From Macrostomum lignano (taxonomy: Eukaryota), in NCBI GenBank assembly GCA_002269645.1, contig NIVC01000773.1, forward strand, positions 62,001-126,000: 64,000 nt of DNA, given 5' to 3'. A program made the position numbers and the translations under genes. Below, one piece after another: positions 13,639 through 25,458 of the stretch. The number at the start of each line of letters is the position of its first letter. Positions within the stretch are counted from its first letter, which is position 1. The notes below the pieces were generated by a model that had not been told where the DNA came from, made no database searches, and saw only the letters and a program-made list of their open reading frames with translations.

Positions 13639-14480
13639 TGACTTAGATGCAGAGGGCATTATCCGGCGGATGCAGCGATCAGGAGGCGGAGGAGACCGCC
13701 CATTCCGCTAGCCTCTGGCGTGGCGACCATGAATGACTTCCATCGAAGTGATGTCGCTCAGGGGGGCCGTCGTCGGTCTCGCTTGCAGCACGGTCCTCCT
13801 CACCGGCGGTGGGTAAAACTCAGCTGAGGTACCGGGTGAGCATCAATATGCTCTCGGGCCTGCAATTAGCGTTGGAGGGTTTGGGCCGGGGTGAGTGAGT
13901 GGTGAAGACCGGGTAGTGGCAGATAAATTGTTCTGCGTTTTTACTGCCTGTTGAGCGGCAGAAGAGCTTGGGGCACCGCGCGCCGCTCCTCAAGTACCTG
14001 GCCCTGAAGGAAGCGGTGGCGAGAGAAGCAGCCATGCATGCCCGGAAAAGGCCCATGTACTCGTACATGTAAATGCTCTTAAGATCTTAGGCTTGAGCCT
14101 AAGGAAGGGGAGGAGACAGACAGCAAGAACAGCAAGAGCAAGAAGGGGACAGCAGCACGGGATTTCCTGCAATTTCGAGTGTCGATCGTGCCACCTGCGT
14201 AGATGCTCAGAGTCAGCCCAGTGCTTGACTCGGTAGTTGATCACCGAGGCGCATGGGTGGGGGCCCCTGGGCCCGGTCCAGAAGCCCGCTGGCGGAGCCA
14301 GCCTTGCCGGAATGGAAACCATGACATCGTGGACCGGGATCCATTAGAGCTCCACCGGTTGCCCAGCGCAAGCCCGTGGAGCCGGGCGTTGCAGTCCAGG
14401 ACAGATCTGGAGTTGGTGGTGCTGCAGCAGACGGCCAGAAGGACTGCTTGACTGTCGGAGTGAAAAATAAATTTTTGACA
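13639..14480 (-). mobile_element. 5'-truncated, frameshifted LINE relic (RNase H to 3' end), related to the 40585-46486 element
   Basis: Minus-strand peptides IFHSDSQAVLLAV..TNSRSVLDC, VINYRVKHW, HGCFSRHRFLQGQ and FCRSTGSKNAEQFICHYPVF align by eye with ORF2 IFHSDSQAALHA..TNSATVLDC, VIDSRIKAW, HGCFSRHQYLQGN and FCNSGDETAEHFVSICPAF. Shares the 3' UTR ctagcggaatgggcg and the ctaagtca tail; near-TSD tcaagtaagct / tcaagctaagct. Confidence 0.85.
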
Positions 14481-14592
14481 TCAAGCTAAGCTGCTATTAG
14501 GTAGTTAATAATACCTTTGCAAGCTGAACATTTAAATTTATCTCTACTTTTGCCACTTTTACTGATCGCAAGTGGATCCACACGCAGCCGTG

Positions 14593-15600
14593 GAGTGGAT
14601 TGAGCTACATGTAGACTAGTCCAGCGGCCCCGTGGACTGGACTAAAAAACGTATTTTACGCTGATTTAAAGAGCACTGGAAATTCACCGAAATTGAAGCA
14701 TCGATATCTCAGCAACTGCTCAATATTTTGACAAGTGGTAAAGTATATAGCTGGTGCAAAATTACTCTACCTATTATCCAGTAAAATTCTATGCGCCAAA
14801 TCCATCATTTTGGGGTACAAGTATGGCTCGGAAAGAAGTAAATTTTGGCGTAACTCCAGTAGTGGAAACTCCAATCGAAACTCCAACTCCAAAATCGAAA
14901 CTCCAATACTGGCTGATATAAATCCAGCATTGGAGCATAAGATTGTCGCATTGTCGCACTAAACTGCACGCTAAAATCGACTATCAATCTAAGTATTGGA
15001 GTCTGCAAGGCTCCAATGCTGAAGTTATATCAGCTCCAGTACTCGTTTCAATGCTAGAGTTTTCTTATGTTCCAATGCTGGAGTTTTCTTATGCTCCAAT
15101 GCTGGATTTTTATCAGCTCCAATGCTGGAGTTATATCAGCCAGTACTGGAGTTTCGATTTTGGCACCGGAAAAGTGCAAATAACTCTATTGGATGACCTT
15201 CTGGCGCTCTGGGACCGGCGCCAATCGACTCAGGGGCCGAAATCTATCAGAAAATGTTGGGCGCATAGGCGCGAAAGCCACTCTGCAAAATGCCAAAGAT
15301 TTGTATCCCCCCAGCCTAGGTGCACTTGTCAAATTTACACCTTATCAACCTGCTGCCAGTAAAGATTCTGCAAGTAAACCGGCTGTCCTGCAACTTGCAA
15401 CTAATCAAAACTACGCAAGCCGCTGAGCAGTGTCGCACCAGACTGCACGCTAAAATCGACCGTCAATCTATAAAGTATTGGAGTCTGCATATTGCAAGGC
15501 TCCAATGCTGGAGTTTCCTTTATTCCACTACACTGGAGTTATGCCAAAATGCACACTTATTTCCGAGCCATACTGTACTGTAGTCCAGCTCAATCCACTC
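14593..15600. mobile_element. MITE-like non-autonomous element, about 1 kb
   Basis: 14-bp perfect inverted termini gagtggattgagct / agctcaatccactc. Further inverted subterminal blocks (about 14790-14875 vs 15520-15580), an internal direct duplication and many ctccag/ctggag motifs. No TSD identified. Confidence 0.5.
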
Positions 15601-16947
15601 TACTCCAGTTGAACATAGAAATTTTTTTCAAGGATCTTCTCAAACGCGAGAACGGAACTGTTAGCACAACGCTGCCCAGAATCAGGAGAATGGGCATGAC
15701 AGAAGCAGCTGCAAAGAACTCATATAGTAGTGAATTCTCATGCAAGTATGAGCTCATGGAAGTATTAGCAGGAAAGTTTGTTTCAATGGTTCGACCGATC
15801 TGACAAATTTTATTTGTGTGAACCTATAGCCACTAATGTACTCGTAGTGAATAGAAGCTTTTCAGACCGTAAAGACGGTCTCTGACTGTTTTTACCCTGG
15901 CTGTCCTTCGTACCCGCCCTGCAGGAAAGAATGACCATTCACGAAGGTGTACGGTAGAGCCTAGTTGATGCCAGCCCTGAGGCTGTGCCCCGGGAAGCAG
16001 GGTCTCCCAACTGCTAGTAGGGTTCAGGTGCTCCTCCGTCCTGTTTTTATCCCCATTACTTGTATTGGTTTTATTAATGTAAGGCCTTTGACTGCCGCTC
16101 CAATTTTCCGGAGTAATGAGCTCTGCCCTCCCTGCCCGGTCCATCCTGCGCTGTCCTTGTCCATCTGCTGGCTCCTCTGGTTGTCTCCCTGACTAAGTGT
16201 CTCTGGCTCTCATCCTGATAGTAGATTCGTGTCCTGGGGAATGAGTTCGTCCCGAATCGGGGATACCGGCTGAGTCCGGGTCCTCTTGCTCCTTGTGCCC
16301 CTTCCCGACCCCTTGGCCTGGCCCCCAATATTGAGCTGGATAGGCGATACCCTTGGGTTTGTAGCCGGTAGATGGGCTTCCTGCCTGGAGTCTCGCCCTC
16401 GGATACAAGCCTTCCAGACTCGCTCCAATAGTTAAGGCTTCCAAGACTTCTGGGTTTCCCCGCTCTTGGACCGGTTTCAGTAGTAACCCAAGCTAATTTT
16501 TCGTATTTTCAATTTTTTCTGCGCACTCCCGAGGACTCGGTCTTAGCACCGTCGCTGATTCCACTTTTGGGTTGGCGGTGCCTTGTACCGTAGGTTTGAG
16601 TTAGTAGCACCAATGCTCCTGCTCTCACCAGAGTCCTGAGCTCTGGTCCCAATCCCAATCGTGGCCTCTCGGGCTACATGCCCCTGGTAGTATGGCCCAC
16701 AGTCAGATCCCTGCGGTAGAGCCCCCTTAAGGCTGATCCGCGGTAAGCCCCTGGCTTTCTACCCCCGTTCAACAACAAATAGAGGCTTTTTCCTCGGTAG
16801 AAATTCGAGCAACGGATAAAACTTACATGTAGCTCGTCAAAACTGACATTCTCTTCAATTCATCGGTGACATCATGCTGACAACATGCGGATGGCGAGTG
16901 ATCTGGTGGCGAAGCTTGAAGTTGCAGTCGTGAAGTTGAAGAGGCAA

Positions 16948-16999
16948 CGCCTCCTCGCTGCGTCCGGATGCCCGGAACCCCTGCAGCTAAGTCAAGTAA
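16948..16999 (+). mobile_element. Extreme 3'-end fragment of the same LINE family
   Basis: cgcctcctcgctgcgtcc...ccctgcagctaagtcaagtaa matches the 3' terminus of the full-length LINE. Confidence 0.65.
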
Positions 17000-17234
17000 C
17001 CCTCTAACACTGTACACAACTCTCAAATCTGCGCAATAACTACATGTACATGTAGCTAGTGCATGTGCACTTGCCAAGCACAGAGAAGGCGAAACTTCTC
17101 CCCGATATTGTGCTTCTCAATTCAAATACGTATTTAAGAAATTAATAACATGCATCCCGTGTTTCCCGTTCGTTATTTTCAGCAGTACATCAGTTAGCGC
17201 CCCTCATAACTGGTGCCCCTCATACTCATGTTGG

Positions 17235-17286
17235 CCTCCCAAACTTGGACCGCCCCTCCCAAAAAGAAATCCTAGATCCGCCACTG
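17235..17286. mobile_element. Solo DNA-transposon-like end (cctagatccgccactg)
   Basis: Reverse complement CAGTGGCGGATCTAGG resembles common hAT-type MITE termini; no partner end found. Confidence 0.3.
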
Positions 17287-18641
17287 CTCGTACATGATAA
17301 GACTGACTGAATTTATTTCTACTAATATCCACCTATACTAATTATAGATCATTTGTCTTAATCGGATGGAAACAACTTACATATGTAAGTGTCCATGTAC
17401 CAGGAAAGTCATGGCTATTTAAAAAGTGACAGGATGTCACGCTATGGGAGCACGAGACTTTTACACAGAGGCTTTTCTCGCCGAGCTTTCCTCTCATTTT
17501 TAACCAACAGGTGCTGCAGCGACAGAGGGCGAGAAGGAGAAAGGGAGGCCAAGAGGGGCAGGCAAACCATTGAGACTACTGTAATGTAAATTCATATACT
17601 TTATACATCTCGCCCTATGGCTCTACCTCCCACTATTCTTTGTGACCGTCATGTGACCATATTTGTGTCATCATCAAAAGAGAATTCGATAAAACAGGAA
17701 TGTTTCAGGACAGGACAGAGTGAATTATCGTAAAAAGCAATTAAGTCTGTTTTATTTTAGAGGCACATCTTCATAATATACAGTCAAGTATACACTCGTA
17801 AAACTGTACATTGACAAAAGACAATGAAAAAATATAAACAGCCAACGCTTGTCGAAAAACGCGCTGCTTAGTTCTCTCAAAGTTTGGTTAGCAAAACTCG
17901 ACAGGGAGGACAAAACTGATCACAGCATTACAGAGCGGGAGAGAGAGCGTCAGCATTTGATGGTAGTGCAATATTGCAGAGGTCATGGATTAAATGTTGT
18001 ATACGCCACGGGCACAGAGAAGTGTGACTAAACATATTTATACGGCTAACAGCTAATTTCTGTGCAATGTGGCTGAATAGTCATACATGTCGTAGTCGTC
18101 ACTGTCGTCTTCTTTCACCTCACGAGGATCCTGATTGCACTCTGCGTCCTGTGCATCGGCAGCAGCATAATGCACATTGCTTAGTCTCATCTCGACACCT
18201 GCCAATGAACGAGAGAAAAAGTCCTTTTATTTAAAATGCAAATGCATGATGCAAAGTATTCCAATACAGTTCATAGCTAATTTGCATTGTTAGCACTTGA
18301 TGCTGGAGTGACTATGAGCGGAGAAGCTGAATAGGTTATGTACGCGACCAAAACAATTCACTGATTTCACTAGGAAGAAGCTAAATACGCGTAACGTGCA
18401 GAAAATCTACGTACTATTTTGTTTTAAACGACCTCATTTTTCGTATTCTGCTGATGATATTGTAGAGTGTATAAGCGGCAGCATAAAATACACATATTTT
18501 TTTACTCACTGCTAATTCCACGCGAAGATAAATAAATGCCAAAGATCTCCTCTGAAGGAAATCGGATAATATGCTCCTTAATTAGTCCTTCGTTCGCCCT
18601 TAGCACTCGCAACACTCGTAGATGACAGCACGCGAAGCAGC

Positions 18642-19080
18642 GAGCCGGCGGTCACTGCAGCAAGCGGCAGGCAGCAAACAGTCCTGCGATCGTCTCCGCT
18701 TGAGCCGGCGGTCACTGCAGCAAGCGGCAGGCGGCAAACAGTCCTGCGATCGTCTCCGCTTGAGCCGGCGGTCACTGCAGCAAGCGGCAGGCAGCAAACA
18801 GTCCTGCGATCGTCTCCGCTTGAGCCGGCGGTCACTGCAGCAAGCGGCAGGCAGCAAACAGTCCTACGATCGTCTCCGCTTGAGCCGGCGGTCACTGCAG
18901 CAAGCGGCAGGCAGCAAACAGTCCTGCGATCGTCTCCGCTTGAGCCGGCGGTCACTGCAGCAAGCGGCAGGCAGCAAACAGTCCTGCGATCGTCTCCGCT
19001 TGAGCCGGCGGTCACTGCAGCAAGCGGCAGGCAGCAAACAGTCCTGCGATCGTCTCCGCTTGAGCCGGCGGTCACTGCAG
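18642..19080 (-). repeat. 60-bp tandem array, 7 full units, inverted copy
   Basis: Same unit as 11983-13029; carries the same variant in unit 4 counted from the outer side. Confidence 0.97.
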
Positions 19081-19369
19081 TGCAGCCGAAGCGGCAGCTT
19101 TTATCGGATCCTTGCAAAATAGAATATCTTTTCTGGCATCCCAAATCCCAAATGGCTTTCATAAACGCACAGTTCCCCGTTGGAAAGCCGAATACAAAGT
19201 GCGGCGTCAGCGTTAGCTGACTCGCATGTACGCACCTGAAATGATGAGAGTGAAGCGTCTGAAGTAAAAAATGATGCATTATCTTTTTAAATAATACCGA
19301 AACGAAACAATCTTCTCAGTTTCGAACATAAATAGAGACAGTACACAGGGGTACAGTGGGAGATAGCCT

Positions 19370-20930
19370 GGAAGTGGTTGCCATGGAAGGGGTAGCCTGG
19401 GAGGAGTAGCCTGGAAGGGCTGCCTGGGAGGGGTAAAGTAAGAGGGGAGCCTGAGGGGTAAAGTAGGAGGGGAGCCTGAGGGGCTGTCTGGGAGGGATGC
19501 CTAGGAGGGGTACAATGGCAGGGGTAGCCTGGGAGGGGTAGCCTAGAGAGCGTAGCTGGGAGGGGTAGAGTAGGAGGGTTAGCCTGGGAGGGGTTAGGAA
19601 GGAGGGAAGCCAGGGGTTAGTAAGGAGAAAGGCCAGGGCCAGGGGGAGAGAAGCCAGGGTCAGGGGAGGGAAGCCAGGGGTCGGGGGAGGGAAGCCAGGG
19701 TCAGGGGAGGGAAGCCAGGGTCAGGGGAGGGAAGCCAGTGGTCAAGAGGGAGAAGCCACGCCAAGGTCAGGGGAGGGAAGCCAGAAGTCGGGGAGAAGCC
19801 AGCGGTTAGGAGTAAAGCCAGGGGTTAGGAAGGAGGGAAGCCAGGGGTCGGGGGAGGGAAGCCAGGGTCAGGGGAGGGAAGCCAGGGTCAGGGGAGGGAA
19901 GCCAGGGTCAGGGGAGGGAAGCCAGGGTCAGGGGAGGGAAGCCAGGGTCAGGGGAGGGAAGCCAGGGTCAGGGGAGGGAAGCCAGCGGTTAGGAGTAAAG
20001 CCAGGGGTTAGGAAGGAGGGAAGCCAGGGTCAGGGGAGGGAAGCCAGGGGTCGGGAGAGAAGCCAGGGTCAGGGGAGGGAAGCCAGGGGTCAGGAGGGAA
20101 AAGCCAGGGTCAGGGGAGGGAAGCCAGGGTCAGGGGAGGGAAGCCAGGGGTCGGGAGGGAAGCCAGGGAAAGGGGAGGGAAGCCAGGGTCAGGGGAGGGA
20201 AGCCAGGAGTCGGGAGGGAAGCCAGGGTCAGGGGAGGGAAGCCAGAAGTTGGGGGAGAAGCCAGTGGTTAGAAGTAAAGCCAGGGGTTAGGAAAAAGGGA
20301 AGCAAGGGGTCGGGGGAGGGAAGCCAGGGTCAGGGGAGGAAAGCCAGGGTCAGGGGAGGGAAGCCAGGGGTCGGGAGAGAAGCCAGGGTCAGGGGAGGGA
20401 AGCCAGGGGTCGGGAGAGAAGCCAGGGTCAGGGGAGGGAAGCCAGGGGTCAGGAGGGAGAAGCCAGGGTCAGGGGAGGGAAGCCAGGGGTCGGGAGAGAA
20501 GCCAGGGTCAGGGGAGGGAAGCCAGGGGTTAGGAGTAAAGCCAGGGGTTAGGAAGGAGGGAAGCCAGGGGTCACGGGAGAGGGAAGCCAGGGGCCAGGAA
20601 GGAGAAGCCAAGGTCAGGGGAGGGAAGCCAGAGTCAGGGGAGGGAAGCCAGAGTCAAGGGAGGGAAGCCAGGGGTCAAGGGGGAGAGAAGCCAGGGTCAG
20701 AGGAGGGAAGCCAGGGGTTAAGCGTGCAGCCAGGGGTTCGAAAGAAGGGAAGCCAGGGGTCAGGGGGAGAAGCCAAGATTAGGGGAAGGAAGTCAGGGGT
20801 CAAAGAAGGGAAGCTAGGGGTTAGGATTGAAGCCAGGGGTTAGGAGGGAGGGAAGCCAGGGTCAGGGGGGAGAGAAGCTAGGGTAGAGGGAGGAAATCCA
20901 AGGTTAGGGGAGAGAGGAACTAAAGAAAGG
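19370..20930. repeat. G-rich strand of the ~20-bp minisatellite (agggaagccagggtcagggg)
   Basis: Inverted counterpart of 10260-11700. Confidence 0.9.
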
Positions 20931-22829
20931 AAAATAAGTCAAGGATCAGGTATTTTATATAAAATATATTGTAGGCTTAGTTTTATAGTTTGTTATTTAC
21001 TCTAGGCCTAATGCCCATGGTATACATAAAGTAGATACATAGATAAAACTAAAATTTTAAGGCTCGTATCTAGTAAGTTAGCTAAATCTATTCATTAAGT
21101 CAATAAGCTAGGCCTAGTGCTCAATAAGGCTTTCCTACATACATATGGCTATAGCTAAATAATAGAATTTCATTGAATTGAAGCCTTTTTATAATTGAAT
21201 AAAAGCAGCTTATAAGTTACTTCTCATAACATTAGACCTACATTTACATTTCAAATGCCTGTATTATTAATTAACTGACGACAAGTCAAGTGACAGGCTT
21301 TAAACTATAGAACAAAATTACTTAAGCAATCACATAATAATGCACAAGGAATTTAAGAAAAGCTCCTTTCATTTATCTTGTACACGGAGCCTTCACTTAT
21401 TTAGTCTAGGCCTAGTGCATAGGCCAGCACAGCAATGCACAGTAGCCTAGCACAACAAATATGCCTTAGAAGCTTTTGTTGAACGTTGAACACAGGAACC
21501 CCCATTCCTGTAAATTTAGTTTTTAAATTACACATGCAAGCAAATTAATATTAACAAACGTCGATTTTTCTAATGCAAATTGTTATTAATAACACCCGTG
21601 AAAGCTTTCAATTAATAGTTGATACACTCCCATTTGATTGTATGGGAGCGCGCTTTGGGCCCGTCTAGCCGGGAGAAGCGAGAGCTCGAGAGCGCGCTTT
21701 CCTGCCGGTTAGCCTGATGATTTTGTAAGCTTTTGGCCCGGCTAGCCGGTTGTCGTCGGGTGCTATTTGTCGAATGCTGCTTACTGCATGCAACGAGCGT
21801 TAAATAGCTGAAAAACGCAGTTACTCCATTGGCTGTCAGCAGGGAGCATGCTCCACGATTAACTAGCTACACTTTGCTGGGAGCACGGGAGCATGCTCCA
21901 ACCCCTAGCGGACTACCCAAGTTAGAGCGTGCTCCAAGCTAGCTAGCTATCTGAGCCTAGGTGATATAAATAGTATAATTAACATTACTTAAACTTTATT
22001 GGACATACTTATTGGAAAGCTTAATTGAACTCGCTTAGGGTAGGCCTAGAGGATTCATTTGTTACTCCTACTAAATGGTAAATTTTCGAATTAAATTTTG
22101 GCGAAATCTTTAAATGAAATAAGAAGAGCTAAGTCGATAGTTAGTTACTCTGCCAAGTTTCTTTCGTACAACTCGTACCATAAGCATGATGGGGCCTACT
22201 ATGGCGAGCATGCAGCATAAGCCTAAGCCTAACTTGGGCGAGGCTCTTAAGTAAATAAAATAGCGGAAAGCTGTCAGTTAAGGCCTGTTCATTTAATTTG
22301 ATAAACTTAGGCTATAGCCTATAGGCCTAGTCTTATTTATTTTATGGCCTAGATGGACGAAGTCTAAGCGGCCCCTAAGCCTTAAGTAAACTAGAATACT
22401 TATAATTTTTTGATGATCCTTTATTTTTTATGCAACAGAAACTCAATGGACTCTTTAAAAGCTTTAAACTCTGTGTAGTGTTGGGCATAAACCATTTTCA
22501 AGGTAGTCATTATTTGCATGGTACCTTGTAAATAGTGCCAGTGTTATTTTCACAGTAACTGAAATAAATACCTTATAAATAGTTATCCTATCAGGGACTA
22601 CCCACTATTTGTCTCTGTATCTTTTATTTTCATAATGAGTTTAAACTAATCAAAGTTGGTAGATGGAGTTTAGGTGTTAATTTGGCAACAATCTAGGCAA
22701 ATTCAGTGACATATCTTTTTATAGCTAAAAACAAGTTTAGTAAAACTATATGTAAGCCTAATCTTTCTCAAAATGCTTATGAAAGTTATAAATATGAAAT
22801 AATAGTTATATAAGTATGTTAAAAAAGTG

Positions 22830-23057
22830 TGTTGTTAAATAGGACATCCTCCATCTTTGAGATTATAATGGTACATGCAGGCCATTTAAACTTTTAAATT
22901 TGGTCCTTTTTCTTTTTCTTTGCATGGCATATTTTTGCAAATCCTTTTCCCCAACATTGCAACCAATTAAAGGACCTTATTAGGCATATAAGAAAACTGT
23001 GCTTCTCATTTTTTAATTGCACCATCAAATCTTAATGGGTCTTCTCCTGAAGTTTCC
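22830..23057 (-). pseudogene. Possible second piggyBac transposase C-terminal relic
   Basis: Minus-strand fragments PLRFDG...H and RKRKRTKFKS..LHVPL loosely resemble the piggyBac C-terminal region; heavily decayed and CpG-free. Confidence 0.3.
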
Positions 23058-24527
23058 CACACTTAGGAAGGATTATGGCAAAAAATTCTAGTGCATATCA
23101 ACAAAAATGTGTGCAAAGTGGTGCACACAGTGCACAACAAAGGCTTAGCAGAAATTTTTAGTGCATAGTGGTGCATAGCAAAAGCTGATCAAAAAAATTT
23201 AGCTCACAATGGTTCACATAAAATGTGTAATCTATATATGCAGTGCATAAAATATGCTTTTTATATCATGTTTTTTCCCGAGCATTTCAATTAAAAATAG
23301 TCTTTTAGTAAATAAAACAAAAAATAAAATTCAAAATGGCACTTCATTAGAGATGTTCCAAAATTTCGATTTCGATTTTGAAAAAATTTTGGAAGTCAAA
23401 TTTCAGAAGTGCCTACTTCCGAAATTTTTATCTGATTTTAGTTTTTTTAGAACTTCGTTACTGTCTTTTATCGGTGATATTATATAATTTTTACATGTAA
23501 AACTATTTGAATTTGTTAAAACTGTTCCATGCATATAGGACATGTAACATGGTAGTTTGTACATGTGGAACTATAAATTTTTGTAAATTTTGTTGCACTT
23601 TAAAGCTGCAAAAGCGTCTGCTTATATATTGCATATTTTTGCATTTTACAGTATATATATGTACTTTTACTGTACATGTACATGCATTATCGTTTACACA
23701 ATCTCAGTTATTGCTAGTCATGCAGTGATACATGTACATTTTAACTGTACATTTTATACATGTACAACTCAGTATGCACCCTATACCCTACCGCCTAGAC
23801 AGATAAAGGCAGAGAAATTTGTTTTGTCTAGCAGGGAAAAGGCGCGCTTTGCTGCCGTGCTTTAATACTGTCTAGTAATGCAATATACGCACCTTAGTGT
23901 TTCTTTTGAAGGCACTAGTTCAAATAAATTACTTAACACATTTACAGATATATAGTTTTCGCGTCGAAAAAAAATTTTGCATTTAAAAGTGGCAATCAGG
24001 AATTCTACTTATTTAGTGGCCAAAAATAAATGAACTTCTGCTAAACATACATATATTTTGTTTTGCATGAGCAGTAAATCGAAAATAGAAAAGTGAGTGT
24101 CGGTTGTACTAAACTTTGTTTTTCTGAATTACGATTTTGGAAAATTTTGATTTCGATTTCAGAAAGTAGCGAATTTCGATTTTGATTTCGATTTCGACAG
24201 AAAATTTGCTTTTGGAACATCTCTATACTTCACCATAAAGTTTAGGCTAATTCTTTTGTCAATTTTCTATGTGAGCTAAAAAATAGTTTTAAGTTTAAAA
24301 AACCCTATAAAAGTCAAAAGGTATGAAAATTTATCCATTTTTTTAATTTTTTAAATTGGACTCTTACTACCTTTTTTAGTAGTACTCGAATTAGTGCTCT
24401 AGCTATGTTTTTGTCAGTAAACTAATGTAGGCCTCAGCATATAAATTTGTATTTTAGTTTTGCGCATAGTGCACACCAAAAATTTGCTAAAATATATTTT
24501 TGCACATGTGATACCTTCCTAAGTATG
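23058..24527. mobile_element. TIR element hosting a nested MITE
   Basis: Termini cacacttaggaagg / ccttcctaagtatg (13 of 14 match); subterminal tgcac/gtgca-rich regions on both sides. No TSD identified. Confidence 0.45.
23348..24225. mobile_element. hAT-like MITE
   Basis: 16-bp perfect TIR tagagatgttccaaaa / ttttggaacatctcta; subterminal atttcgattt repeats; 8-bp flanks cacttcat / tacttcac (6 of 8 match) fit a decayed hAT TSD. Confidence 0.7.
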
Positions 24528-25458
24528 GCTGAATACTCTGTTTGCCAGGTCTTCAATTCTGAGGGGGGTAGTTGTATTAATCATAGTCTTTGTCAGGCAT
24601 GGTCATTCAGTTTGGGGCCTCAAATACTATAACTATAAATTCAAGATATGCCAATTTGCTGAGTTAGTTACTTTTAGTAGAGTAGTGCTGCTACCACTGT
24701 ATTTATGTATTAATTACAGAATGTTAAATTTTTAGAACTCATTCGGAGTTGAGATTAATTGGTTATTTTATACCCTTGCAGGTAAATGACTCAATATAAA
24801 ACTATGTCAAGTGTATATACAATTAAAACACAAACCAGTTAAGGAAAGTATTAAAATGAAAGGTGATAAAATATTAAAAGTAGCAGGTTAGGAGAGAGAC
24901 ATAAGAACCGTGTGGCCTGGGCCAGGCCTTATAAATAGTAAGCAAAAACATTAGATCCACACATGGGGTGACAGATAAGGCAAGTGCAGGGGCAACAGGT
25001 GGGACAATAGGTGGGGCCACAAAAACATTAAACAAACAAAACAAGGCTGACAGAAGGGGCAAAGAATGGGACAGGGGAAGGCCACTAGAAGGGGCAAGTG
25101 ACAGAAAATATGTCATGCAAATGTCCATCAAATAACTAGTGGTAGTTTGTGCTACTATAGGTGCAAAGGCAATAGCAAACAAAGATAGTTTCCTGGCTGT
25201 TACTGGAGTTGTCCACCACAGGATGAGCTGGAAGTGCATCCGCTGTGGCCAGATATGCAAGATTCATGCTCTGCCTTGGCCATACTAGCAAGACGGCCTT
25301 GGTAGCAAAGCTGTAGGATAGCTGGCAGCACGCCTTGGCCCATAGTGGCAACGTACTCAACCCCTAGGCTAACAATGGCACTAAAAAATAAATTGGGGGC
25401 TTCAAAAAGTAATGGAAATGCAATTGAGCAATAATTTACTGTATTGCATGTAGATATA

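Larger units (their letters stand above)
18621..21949 (-). repeat. Right arm of the long inverted repeat
   Basis: Reverse complement of 9080-13057; both outer ends read tagctagctag. Confidence 0.9.

Noticed and set aside
15820-16800. GC-rich stretch with several short minus-strand ORFs as an LTR or gag fragment
   Set aside because: No recognisable motif, PBS/PPT or paired LTR; left unannotated.
16945-16975. HDV ribozyme from cctcctcgctg, with gcggaatggg in the LINE 3' UTR
   Set aside because: The motif order is reversed relative to HDV and no P1/P2 can be built; it is better explained as the LINE 3' terminal signal.
21700-21750. Hammerhead ribozyme (ccggttagc-CTGATGA...gctagccgg)
   Set aside because: No stem II or GAAA core follows CTGATGA. 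The same applies at about 38740 and about 54675, where only 5 nt separate CTGATGA from GAAA.
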